Of a DNA stretch of 55,185 bases, positions 8,753 through 17,113 are shown piece after piece. The notes beneath the pieces are model-generated. The model had not been told where the DNA came from. It searched no databases and saw only the letters and a program-made list of their open reading frames with translations. Every line of letters begins with the position of its first letter. Within the stretch, counting starts at the first letter, position 1. Source of the stretch: Patescibacteria group bacterium (lineage in GTDB: Bacteria; Patescibacteriota; WWE3; JAMCXX01); assembly GCA_023474425.1 (NCBI GenBank), contig JAMCXX010000004.1:1-55185 (forward strand), written 5' to 3'. A program made the position numbers and the translations under genes.

Positions 8753-8820
8753 AAGAAACTTATACGGAACTTAATAGAGAATAGACCCTCCTTAAAAAAA
8801 TTTAAAGGGAAAAATCTATT

Positions 8821-10395
8821 TTACTTGAGGAGGTCTTTAAGGACGGAAGCGGCTAACTGCGGTTCGGCCCGGCCGCGCGAGATTTTCATTACCTGACCTA
8901 CCAAAAACTGCAGACTTTCCTTCTTGCCGTTTTGGTACTCCGAAACTGCCCGCTCGTTTTGTTCGACAGCTTCCCGGCAAACCTCGGCCAACTCCTCATG
9001 TTTCAGCGTTTCCTGCTCCTTTTCTTGAACCAGTTTTTGAACCAGATCTTTAGGATTTAAGTTCGCGAAGTCAAGCCTTTTGTTAACCAGGACACCGGAC
9101 AGTTTAGACACGGGATAATCTTTCTGCAGAGCTTCCGCAGCGGCCGTCTCAAAATAAGCGGCCAAGTTTTTATTCTCTACAATTATTACGGCCTCCGTCT
9201 CCTTAATCGACCAGTCTCTAATGTATCTCACAACTTTTGCCTCAGGCAATTCGGGGATTTGAGATTTGAGATTTGAGATTTGAGATTTCGTAAAGTGCAT
9301 TGGGGGAACGTCAGGCTCGGGAAAATAGCGGTAGTCGTGGGCTTCTTCTTTGCTCCTTTGAAGCACCGTCATTTTTTTGGCTTCGTTATACCCCATCGTG
9401 GCCTTATTACCGGCCTTTTTCTGCTCGCGCGTCTTTAGGAATTCTTCGGACTGTCTTTTTATTTCGTATTCCAAAGCCTGCTTAACAAATTTGAAAGAAT
9501 TAATGTTCTTAATTTCAACTAACGGGGTATAAGAAACTTCCTTCCTCTTCCAATAATTCTGCCCTTCGTCCGTCATTCTGGCTTGGGCGCTCAGCACCCC
9601 TTGTCCAGAATCGATGCTGGACCTGCCTGCCGGCAAGGCAGGATCCCCCGGCATGACACCCTCTGAGGTTATCTCACTCCGACTCAACGAAACAGATTCC
9701 GTGACCTTCAAATTAATGGTTGGCTCCAGTCTCATTGACCCCTTTTCCATGTCCGCATCAGAAATACCCAGGTATCTCACAATCAACTGAAGTTTCTTAA
9801 GATAATCAACAACTTCTTCGGTTGACTTAAAGTCCGGTTCGGTCACAATTTCCACCAGCGGCACCCCACTGCGGTTAAAATCCACTAAAGATACGTCTTT
9901 AGGGCCTTGGTAATTGGGTATTTGGTCGGAGTGCAAAAGTTTCCCTGTATCCTCCTCCATATGCACGCGGTTAATTCGAATAGTTTTACCTCTACCCTGC
10001 CCTTCGTCATGCTGGGCGACTCCAGCATCTGCCCCTTTAGATTCTGGAGTCCTTGCCCTGCTCGTCCCTAGAATGACGATTGAGCCATTCACGCAGAATG
10101 GTTTGGCATACTGACTAATCTGGTACCCTTTTGGTAAATCCGGGTAAAAGTAGTTCTTCCTCTCAAAGTACGAATCTTCGTTTACCCGGCAGTTGAGGGC
10201 TAATCCTAACATTATGCACCATTCAACCGCCTTTTTATTGGGCACTGGCAGGGCTCCCGGCAACCCTAAACAGACCGGGCAGGTGTTGGAATTAGGTTCT
10301 CTGCCAAAGTGGTCGGCCGGGCAGCCGCAAAACATTTTGCTTTTTGTTTTTAGTTCCACGTGGACTTCCAGTCCGATAATCGGTTCAAACTGCAT
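8821..10395 (-). CDS. gatB: Asp/Glu-tRNA amidotransferase subunit B, with in-frame repeat insertions
   Basis: IGLEVHVEL, RKNYFYPDLPKGYQISQ, MEEDTGK, DFNRSGVPLVEIV, DYRYFPEPD. Start set at MQFEP. Confidence 0.97.
   Translation of the reverse strand: MQFEPIIGLEVHVELKTKSKMFCGCPADHFGREPNSNTCPVCLGLPGALPVPNKKAVEWCIMLGLALNCRVNEDSYFERKNYFYPDLPKGYQISQYAKPFCVNGSIVILGTSRARTPESKGADAGVAQHDEGQGRGKTIRINRVHMEEDTGKLLHSDQIPNYQGPKDVSLVDFNRSGVPLVEIVTEPDFKSTEEVVDYLKKLQLIVRYLGISDADMEKGSMRLEPTINLKVTESVSLSRSEITSEGVMPGDPALPAGRSSIDSGQGVLSAQARMTDEGQNYWKRKEVSYTPLVEIKNINSFKFVKQALEYEIKRQSEEFLKTREQKKAGNKATMGYNEAKKMTVLQRSKEEAHDYRYFPEPDVPPMHFTKSQISNLKSQIPELPEAKVVRYIRDWSIKETEAVIIVENKNLAAYFETAAAEALQKDYPVSKLSGVLVNKRLDFANLNPKDLVQKLVQEKEQETLKHEELAEVCREAVEQNERAVSEYQNGKKESLQFLVGQVMKISRGRAEPQLAASVLKDLLK
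9254..9288. repeat. Heptamer tandem repeat (GAGATTT)x4 plus one variant copy, inside gatB
   Basis: Read directly from the sequence; encodes KSQISNLKSQIP. Confidence 0.9.
9572..9657. repeat. GTCAT...ATGAC palindromic element in frame in gatB, with a nested CCTGCCTGCCGGCAAGGCAGG palindrome (9622-9642)
   Basis: Terminal inverted repeats and internal stems. It translates as part of the non-GatB peptide VMPGDPALPAGRSSIDSGQGVLSAQARMT. Confidence 0.85.
10004..10079. repeat. TCGTCAT...ATGACGA palindromic element in frame in gatB
   Basis: 7-bp terminal inverted repeat and an internal GACTCCAG/CTGGAGTC stem. Encodes IVILGTSRARTPESKGADAGVAQHDE. Confidence 0.85.
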
Positions 10396-10417
10396 AATTT
10401 TAACTGACTCCAACTAA

Positions 10418-10450
10418 CGTCATCCTGAGGTCTACGACCCGAAGGATCTA
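10418..10450. repeat. Truncated CGTCATCCTGAG...GAAGGATCT REP-like element
   Basis: Same signature as 39622 and 40634; overlaps the gatA stop codon. Confidence 0.7.
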
Positions 10451-11836
10451 ACCATTCGGCCTTTCCTTATGCCACTCAGTTGATTGTTCATAATGGTAAG
10501 CCACCCGCAAAACCAATTCCTCCGAAAGCTTGGGACCTATTAGGTCTAAACCCACCGGCATTCCTTCACTAAAACCACACGGGACGGAAATACCTGCCAG
10601 ACCGGCAATGGAACTCGGCTCCACCAAAACGTCCGCCATTTCCCCAAACATTGACTGCCCCCGGCTTACTCCCACCGGCAACGCTATCGTCGGCGAAACC
10701 GGGCCAGCTATGAGGTCGACTTCGGAAAAAGCCCGGTTAAAATCATTAATAATTAAAGTCCTTACTTTTTCCGCCGTTTTGTAGTAGGCGTCATAGTATC
10801 CGGCCGAAAGGGCGTAAGTTCCTAGCATAATCCGCCTTTTGGCCTCCGGACCAAACGCTTCGCGCCCTTCTCCATACCGTATTCCGTCATATCTGGCCAA
10901 GTTACTGGAAACCTCACTACGTTGAATAATAGTGTAAACGGCAATGGAATATTTGGGATCCAGTAGGGAAATCTCTTTAACCAAGCAACCCAGCGTCTCC
11001 AGTTGCTTTACAGCCTCCATAACCTTTTGGGAAACTCCGTTTTCTACCCCTTCAAAATATTCCTTCGGCACTCCAATTTTTAATCCGCCGACGGAATCAT
11101 TGAGCCGGGCGGTATAATCGGGAACTTCGTCCGGCAAAGACGTGGCGTCATAAACATCGTGGCCGGCTAAAATGCTTAAGAGAAATGCCGCATCCCAAAC
11201 TGTTTTGGTAATCGGGCCGGGGCTGTCGGTGGACGAAGCCATAGCCACAATTCCGTAGCGCGAAACACGCCCGTAACTGGGCTTAAACCCAACCACCCCG
11301 CACCAGCCGGCAGGCTGGCGAATGGAACCGGCCGTTTCCGTGCCCACCGCCGCCAAGCACAAGTCGGCGGCTACGGCCGCCGCCGACCCGCCGGAGGATC
11401 CGCCCGGCAAACGCGTCAAATCCCAGGGATTTAAGGTCGGACCAAAGTCCGATGTTTCCGTGGACGAGCCGTGGGCCCAGGCGTCCATATTAGTTTTCCC
11501 CAACAAAAACGCCCCGGCTCTAATTAGCTTTTCCGCGATCGTGGCGTTGTATTGAGGTTTATAATCCTTCAAAACGCTGGAAGATGCGGTTGTTTTAAAA
11601 TCTTTGGTGAGAATGTTGTCCTTTAGAGCTAGAGGTAAGTCCTTTAATACCGAGTCACTACGCGGTTCAATACTGTTAATTTCGTCTAAGCTTACTGAAC
11701 TTAAATAAGCACGAACTTTAGAATCTCTTTGCGAAATGGCCGCAAGGCAGTCCACCACAACATCTCGGCCGCTAAATTCTCCATTGGTTATTCCTTCCAA
11801 TGCCTCTTTTAGTGTAAGATTATTAAGACCCGTCAT
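10448..11836 (-). CDS. gatA: Asp/Glu-tRNA amidotransferase subunit A
   Basis: Amidase signature GGSSGGSAAAVAA, TETAGSIRQPA and RRIMLGTY.LSAGYYDAYY. Confidence 0.97.
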   Translation of the reverse strand: MTGLNNLTLKEALEGITNGEFSGRDVVVDCLAAISQRDSKVRAYLSSVSLDEINSIEPRSDSVLKDLPLALKDNILTKDFKTTASSSVLKDYKPQYNATIAEKLIRAGAFLLGKTNMDAWAHGSSTETSDFGPTLNPWDLTRLPGGSSGGSAAAVAADLCLAAVGTETAGSIRQPAGWCGVVGFKPSYGRVSRYGIVAMASSTDSPGPITKTVWDAAFLLSILAGHDVYDATSLPDEVPDYTARLNDSVGGLKIGVPKEYFEGVENGVSQKVMEAVKQLETLGCLVKEISLLDPKYSIAVYTIIQRSEVSSNLARYDGIRYGEGREAFGPEAKRRIMLGTYALSAGYYDAYYKTAEKVRTLIINDFNRAFSEVDLIAGPVSPTIALPVGVSRGQSMFGEMADVLVEPSSIAGLAGISVPCGFSEGMPVGLDLIGPKLSEELVLRVAYHYEQSTEWHKERPNG

Positions 11837-12135
11837 CCCAGTATCCTTTTAACCACAAAATATCCGCCATGCGTATTCTTGCAATTAGAAAGCGCCTCTT
11901 TTTGAGGAAGTATTCTTTTTGAATCAATCACATCCTCCCTAAAAATATCTCTTAACCCCGAAATCTGACTCGTTTCGCTCAAGTTTTTTATTTTTAAATT
12001 AAGCTTTGACAAAATATTAATATGGGAAATTGTGTCGGAAAGTTCCACGGCAAGTTTCCCTGTCTCTTCATCCGACAAAGGGAGTTTTGCCAAATCGGCG
12101 ATGTGTTTTACTTCTTCTTTGGAAATTTCAGTCAT
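11833..12135 (-). CDS. gatC: Asp/Glu-tRNA amidotransferase subunit C
   Basis: ISKEEVKHIADLAKL...FREDV...GYFVV; lies directly upstream of gatA. Confidence 0.92.
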   Translation of the reverse strand: MTEISKEEVKHIADLAKLPLSDEETGKLAVELSDTISHINILSKLNLKIKNLSETSQISGLRDIFREDVIDSKRILPQKEALSNCKNTHGGYFVVKRILG

Positions 12136-12518
12136 AATCTTATTCCCAAATCCCTAAATCCCTCTTTAAAATTTTCCACAGCTTCGGTTGTTATAAAATG
12201 CGGCGGGTCGTAGTCAATCTCATGAACCAGGCTGTTGCGTACTTTGTGCGCCTGCCATACTCTGTCGTAAACAGGCCGGCTAAAACGATCGGATGCATTC
12301 TTTAGGCGCTCACCCATGGTCTGCCCGTCAACAATTTTAGACAAAGCAAAATCCATGAGCTTATCGCCGCGGCTTACGGCTTCTTTAAGAGAACTGGGTT
12401 TGGCCAGCTTAACCAAAGACTCAATCTGCACCCACTCATCGGTAACTTTCCTTTCGTCCAACGAAGAGAGCTGTCTTCTAGCAATCCGTCCGGGTTTTAA
12501 AAAATCAAAAAATCCCAT
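12132..12518 (-). CDS. Hypothetical protein (HEPN/DUF4145-like, RNxLVH motif)
   Basis: TMGERLK...WQAHKVRNSLVHE; overlaps the gatC start. Confidence 0.7.
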   Translation of the reverse strand: MGFFDFLKPGRIARRQLSSLDERKVTDEWVQIESLVKLAKPSSLKEAVSRGDKLMDFALSKIVDGQTMGERLKNASDRFSRPVYDRVWQAHKVRNSLVHEIDYDPPHFITTEAVENFKEGFRDLGIRL

Positions 12519-12530
12519 GTTTTACTTAAT

Positions 12531-12636
12531 GTTAGGGCGCAGTGTTGGTTTTGCAGCGAGCGTTGAGGGGGAGCCGTCAGTCCGCAGACTGAGGGAGGAC
12601 TCCTTGAGCGAGTCGCAAAACTGACACGAGCCCGAC
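12531..12636. repeat. Intergenic copy of a ~100-bp hairpin element
   Basis: Long imperfect stem-loop whose core is nearly identical to the in-frame element in dinB (37979-38081). Confidence 0.9.
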
Positions 12637-12637
12637 T

Positions 12638-13540
12638 TTACATTGATCTAAGTATCTTTATTCTCTCCTCCAGCGGCGGGTGAGTGTCAAAAAGCCCGGC
12701 AAACCATCCGCTCAAATTCTTGCCCTTAAAGGGATTAACAATGTAGAGGTGGGCCGTGGCTTTGTTGGCCACGGAAAGCGGGCGGCTGTCACCTTTAAGC
12801 TTTTCTAATGCCGAGGCTAAACCTTCGGGAAACCTGGTTACCAAAACCCCGTCGGCGTCGGCCAAAAGCTCCCTTTTGCGGGAAACGGCCAACTGGATTA
12901 GTGTAGCAAAAAGCGGTGAAAGCAGGGCTAAAACCACGGCAATTAAAAAGATGACTGCGCCCGCCTGACCCTCCTCGCGGTCATCGCGCCTTCGACCGCC
13001 CCACCAAAGCGACTGCAGAAACCAATCCGAAAGCAGAGTAATCATACCCGCTAACACCGCCACCAAAGCCATATACCGTACATCGTAATTTTTAATGTGG
13101 GAAAGCTCGTGCGCCGTTACACCCTCAAGTTCAACCCGATCTAGCCTTTCCACAATACCCGAAGTGTAGCAAACCACGGCGTGCTGCGGGTCGCGGCCGG
13201 TAGCAAAGGCATTCATAGCCGGGTCGTTAATCATAAAAACACGGGGCTTGGGCAGACCGGCGCCAATGGCTACCGCCTCCACCAAATTATGTAAAGTGGG
13301 ATTCTCCAGTGGCAAAACCTCCCGCGCGCCCGACACTGCCAGCACAATCTTATCGCTGTAATAAAAGCTTCCCAGCGAGGCCAAAACCGAGAAAACAAAG
13401 GCAAAGATTATTAAACCCTGGCCGTAGCCGAAAACATAACCAAAAACGTAACCCAAAGCGGTAATCAAAAAAATAAAAACTGCTACGAGCAAAATACTTT
13501 TCCGCTTATTTTCGGCAATTTCTCTATAAATTGTTGGCAT
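12638..13540 (-). CDS. htpX: HtpX-family M48 zinc metalloprotease
   Basis: NAFATGR, HELSH, SRKRELLAD, THPPLEERI. Start set at MPTIY. Confidence 0.95.
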   Translation of the reverse strand: MPTIYREIAENKRKSILLVAVFIFLITALGYVFGYVFGYGQGLIIFAFVFSVLASLGSFYYSDKIVLAVSGAREVLPLENPTLHNLVEAVAIGAGLPKPRVFMINDPAMNAFATGRDPQHAVVCYTSGIVERLDRVELEGVTAHELSHIKNYDVRYMALVAVLAGMITLLSDWFLQSLWWGGRRRDDREEGQAGAVIFLIAVVLALLSPLFATLIQLAVSRKRELLADADGVLVTRFPEGLASALEKLKGDSRPLSVANKATAHLYIVNPFKGKNLSGWFAGLFDTHPPLEERIKILRSM

Positions 13541-13598
13541 ACTTAAATTGAATTTCCACCACGAACACCACCCACAAATTATCACGAAACCTGAAGTC

Positions 13599-13688
13599 TG
13601 TCATTGCGAAGCGTTCGGCCTGAAGCAATCTTTCCCAAACGACATCCTAGTCTGCATCAGAGATCGCCACACTACGCTCGCGATGACA
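13599..13688. repeat. TGTCATTGCGA...TCGCGATGACA REP-like palindromic element
   Basis: 11-bp near-perfect terminal inverted repeat between lemA and htpX. Confidence 0.85.
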
Positions 13689-13742
13689 ATATCGATCCAC
13701 GCTGATTCCGCAAAGGAGTTCGTGGAAAAAGCCTGCCTTAAA

Positions 13743-14306
13743 CTAAAACTGCACCTTAACGTCAGCTTTTTCTTCCTCCGGAGCGGCAAAATACTCCGCC
13801 TCCTTAAAGCCCAAACTTGAAGCCAAAACCACCGCCGGAAAAAGTTTAATCTTCGTGTTATAGTCGGCTGCATTGCTGTTATAGAACTGGCGGGCATAGG
13901 CGATTTTTTCCTCAATACCGGTAACCGATTCCATAAGAGATGAGAGCTCGCCGTGGGACTTAATATCCGGGTAGGCTTCCACACTTACTTTAATATCTCT
14001 CATCATTGAAGAAAGCTGATTCTCCAACTGGGATCGGCTGGCCACATTGGCGCCGGAATTTTGGGCCTCAATCGCCTGCGAACGCAAGCGAGCAACCTCG
14101 GTAAACACCTTTTCATCTAAATTAGTGGCTTTCCTAGCCGTTTCCACTAAATCTGGCAAAAGGTCGTAACGCTTTTTTAGCTGTACGTCAATGTCTTTTA
14201 AACTCTGGTCAACCCGGACTCTAGCCGTCACCAAATCGTTGTAGAGGAAAAAAACATATAAGACAGCCGCCGCCAAAATAATCAAAACAATTAATTCGAT
14301 TGACAT
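13743..14306 (-). CDS. lemA: LemA family protein
   Basis: N-terminal TM segment, IDVQLKKRYDLLPDLV, EAYPDIKS, EEKIAYARQFYN. Forms the usual lemA-htpX pair. Confidence 0.95.
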   Translation of the reverse strand: MSIELIVLIILAAAVLYVFFLYNDLVTARVRVDQSLKDIDVQLKKRYDLLPDLVETARKATNLDEKVFTEVARLRSQAIEAQNSGANVASRSQLENQLSSMMRDIKVSVEAYPDIKSHGELSSLMESVTGIEEKIAYARQFYNSNAADYNTKIKLFPAVVLASSLGFKEAEYFAAPEEEKADVKVQF

Positions 14307-14311
14307 TTTTA

Positions 14312-16060
14312 TCACCAGCCTTTCAGATTCAACGCTTCTTTAAGTTTAGCAAACGGCAGGGAGTTTAACACGTCGTTTTTAGTTAGCCAACCGCGCCGTG
14401 CCACGCTGACACCGTATTCCATGAACCCCATGTGGGAAACATGGTGGGCATCGGTATCAATCAAGAATTTTAAACCTAACTCTTTGGCTTCCCTCACCAA
14501 AAGGTCAGGTAAATCAAGCCTTTCGGGCAAAGCGTCTATCTCCAAATACTTCTTATTTCTTAAACAGGCATTAAAGACTGCGCTCCAGTCAGCCTCGACT
14601 CCTTTGCGCTTATCCAGAAGGCGGCCGGTGGGGTGGGCAATAAAAGTAATATAGGGATTTTCGATTGCTTTAATAAGACGGCGGGTAACACTTTCCTTGT
14701 TCTGCTCAAAGCCACTATGAATCGCCCCAATTACGTAGTCAAATTCTTTGAGTAACCCATCCGGATAAGATAGTTCTCCATCGGCCCGAATAAGTAATTC
14801 GATACCATTAAGTACTCTTATATTTTTATTTGAGTAATTTATTTTATCAATAAGATTTTTACGCTTTCTTATCTCGTTTCTAACTACTATCTCACCTCTT
14901 GTCTCGATGCTTAACTGGTGGTCGGTTATACCTACGTATTCGTAACCTTTTTTAACTGCCGCCCTAACCATTTCCTCCGCAGTGTTATTTCCGTCGCTCC
15001 AAACCGTATGCATCTGTAAATCCCCACGGATGTCTTTAAGTTCTACAAGGTCCGGCAAATTATGGCCTGCCGCCGCCTCAATCTCTCCGCCATCCTCCCT
15101 TAATTCCGGTTGTATATAATCCAAACCAATACGGCCGTAAAAACTCTCCTCATCGGCAAATTCCTCTACACGACCCCTCCTCCCTTTTACGCCATATTCG
15201 GAGAGGGATAATCCCTTACTCTTAGCCAATTCCCGTAAATGTATATTATGGCTTTTACTGCCGGTAAAATGCTGCAAAAGCGCCCCAAAGGCTTGCGGCT
15301 TTTGGGTCATTAAATCTACCTGGCGTCCGTTCAAAAGAATAATTCGCCCTTTAACCCCACCCTCGTTAAGTACCTCTACCGCCTCGGGATAGGCGACAAA
15401 ATGCTTAACTACCGCTGCCGGATCGTTGGTGGCCACGGCAATATCTACGTCCCCCACGGTTGAAACGCGGCGCCGTAAAGAACCCAACGGTTCCGCCCGC
15501 AAAACTTTGGGCTCTTTAAGCAAATAGTCAATGAGGCGGCGCGAGAGGTCTAAAGCTTGGGAGAGCAACATTCTGTTTTCGCTTTTGCGCTCTTTCTCAA
15601 GGCCTTTTAAAATGTCTTCTTCGGAAGTTTCGCCAAAACCCTCAAGGCTCCTTATTTTGCCTGATTTTGCCGCTAAATAAAGCTGGTTAACGGCGTCTTT
15701 TTCCTTAAGCTTAAGATCCTTTGCCAACCGCAAGGCCGTCCTGGCGCCGATTCCGGGAATACCCAAAAGAGCAAACATGGCCGGCGGCAAACCTTTTTTA
15801 ACTGCTTCAAAGTGGGATGCCTTACCCTTAAGAAAAAGCTCATTTAAATGGGAAGCGAGGGATTCTCCAATCCCGGCAACTTCTTTAATCCTTCCTTCCT
15901 GCCAGAGGCTGTGAAGGTCTTCGCTCATGTGTTCCACCGAAGCCGCGGCGTTTTGATAGGCGCGGATGCGAAAACGGTCTTCGCCTTTAACTTCGTAGGC
16001 GGCCTCGACTTCTTTGAGAAGCTTAACAATCTGTTCGTTGGAAAATTTACCATTTTCCAT
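14312..16060 (-). CDS. polX: DNA polymerase X / PHP domain protein
   Basis: GSLRR, GDVDI, HFTGSKSHN, PELRED and the PHP motifs HTVWSDG, TDH and DTDAH. Confidence 0.95.
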   Translation of the reverse strand: MENGKFSNEQIVKLLKEVEAAYEVKGEDRFRIRAYQNAAASVEHMSEDLHSLWQEGRIKEVAGIGESLASHLNELFLKGKASHFEAVKKGLPPAMFALLGIPGIGARTALRLAKDLKLKEKDAVNQLYLAAKSGKIRSLEGFGETSEEDILKGLEKERKSENRMLLSQALDLSRRLIDYLLKEPKVLRAEPLGSLRRRVSTVGDVDIAVATNDPAAVVKHFVAYPEAVEVLNEGGVKGRIILLNGRQVDLMTQKPQAFGALLQHFTGSKSHNIHLRELAKSKGLSLSEYGVKGRRGRVEEFADEESFYGRIGLDYIQPELREDGGEIEAAAGHNLPDLVELKDIRGDLQMHTVWSDGNNTAEEMVRAAVKKGYEYVGITDHQLSIETRGEIVVRNEIRKRKNLIDKINYSNKNIRVLNGIELLIRADGELSYPDGLLKEFDYVIGAIHSGFEQNKESVTRRLIKAIENPYITFIAHPTGRLLDKRKGVEADWSAVFNACLRNKKYLEIDALPERLDLPDLLVREAKELGLKFLIDTDAHHVSHMGFMEYGVSVARRGWLTKNDVLNSLPFAKLKEALNLKGW

Positions 16061-16176
16061 ACTTAAACCAGTATATCATTCACAATGCTGTCCTTGACGG
16101 TTTTGGCTGGAGAGGTTAACTTATAAATGACAAACAATCGTTTTGATTTCTGATTTCTGAGATCTGAATTGTTCTT

Positions 16177-16253
16177 GGAGCTGTAGCTCAGTCGGTTAGA
16201 GCATTCGCTTGTCAAGCGAAGGGTCGCCGGTTCAAGTCCGGTCAGCTCCGCCA
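16177..16253 (+). tRNA. tRNA-Asp (GTC)
   Basis: GGAGCTG/CAGCTCC acceptor stem, TTCGC-TTGTCAA-GCGAA anticodon arm, GGTTCAAGTCC T arm and encoded CCA. Confidence 0.95.
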
Positions 16254-16350
16254 CCCTACGCTCTGCGAGCTTCGGGCGGTCTACAACCACGCGAGGCGAG
16301 GTAGAGCTAGGAGTTGTCCCTCGAAGCCTTGCGCGAAGTGGGACAACATC
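16254..16350. repeat. GC-rich multi-hairpin element directly after tRNA-Asp
   Basis: Several short stems, including GTTGTCCC...GGGACAAC. Confidence 0.55.
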
Positions 16351-16408
16351 CAATTAAAAATTACCTGCCCACTAACCTTTTTTGCGTGATGGGAGGTGAA
16401 CTCTAAAA

Positions 16409-16930
16409 TTGCCGAGTATAAACTACGAAGAATTTAAAAAAAGCTTAAATAACCTTCTTTCCGGCCGCGACCCGAGGTTGAGTGTTCTTTTGGTGGGAAT
16501 TCTTCTGATTGTTGCCGGATTTTTTGCCTATTCGAATTTTTACCGCAGCGAGCAGAATCCAAAAAACGCGGAAACACTAAAGATTGAGTCGGGGCAGTCA
16601 AGCGAAGGCAGCATTTCCGGGGGCGCTATTGGCCCTCAAGGAAACGTCCAAACCACCGGCTCCATAGCCGGCGCCGAAACCCAAACCGGTAACAAAACCC
16701 AAATTAAAGAAAATACTACCTGGCAGGCACGCCTGATTGAACGCAACAGTATTAAGGAAAGCACTTACACCGTGCAAAAGGGCGACACGCTTTGGGAAAT
16801 CGCCAAAGGCAAATACGGCAGCGGCTTTGAGTGGCACAAGATTCTTAAGGCTAATAAAGACAAGGTTGGCTTTCTACCCAACGGTAGTCAGGCTTTAATT
16901 GAAGTGGGACAGGAACTTGCCCTGCCTTAG
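16409..16930 (+). CDS. Membrane-anchored LysM domain protein
   Basis: N-terminal TM segment and YTVQKGDTLWEIA...YG.G..W..I..AN. GGGAGGTGA RBS before a TTG start. Confidence 0.9.
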   Translation: MPSINYEEFKKSLNNLLSGRDPRLSVLLVGILLIVAGFFAYSNFYRSEQNPKNAETLKIESGQSSEGSISGGAIGPQGNVQTTGSIAGAETQTGNKTQIKENTTWQARLIERNSIKESTYTVQKGDTLWEIAKGKYGSGFEWHKILKANKDKVGFLPNGSQALIEVGQELALP

Positions 16931-16977
16931 TCTGCCGGGAGTCACCGTGTATAATTATTCTTGTAGCTTAAGCGCAG

Positions 16978-17051
16978 GCGGGATTAGTTGAGTGGCTCAA
17001 TGCTGCCTTCCCAAGGCAGAGAGACGGGTCCGATTCCCGTATCCCGCTCCA
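16978..17051 (+). tRNA. tRNA-Gly (CCC)
   Basis: GCGGGAT/ATCCCGC acceptor stem, CTGCC-TTCCCAA-GGCAG anticodon arm and CCA. The T-loop is TCCGATT. Confidence 0.92.
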
Positions 17052-17113
17052 TAGGACAATTGCGTAAATAAAAGTACACAAAGCTGCTTGATAAATACAT
17101 AATATAACAATAA

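Noticed and set aside
9540-10080. Inteins or self-splicing introns in gatB, dinB or nrdJ
   Set aside because: The inserts are only about 25-50 aa, lack C/S...HN intein termini, and are too short for group I/II introns. nrdJ shows no insert.
12316-12624. ORFs 12316-12624 (+), 13548-13820 (+), 13601-13984 (-) and 20697-20960 (-)
   Set aside because: These are antisense or alternate-frame read-throughs of real genes and palindromic repeats.
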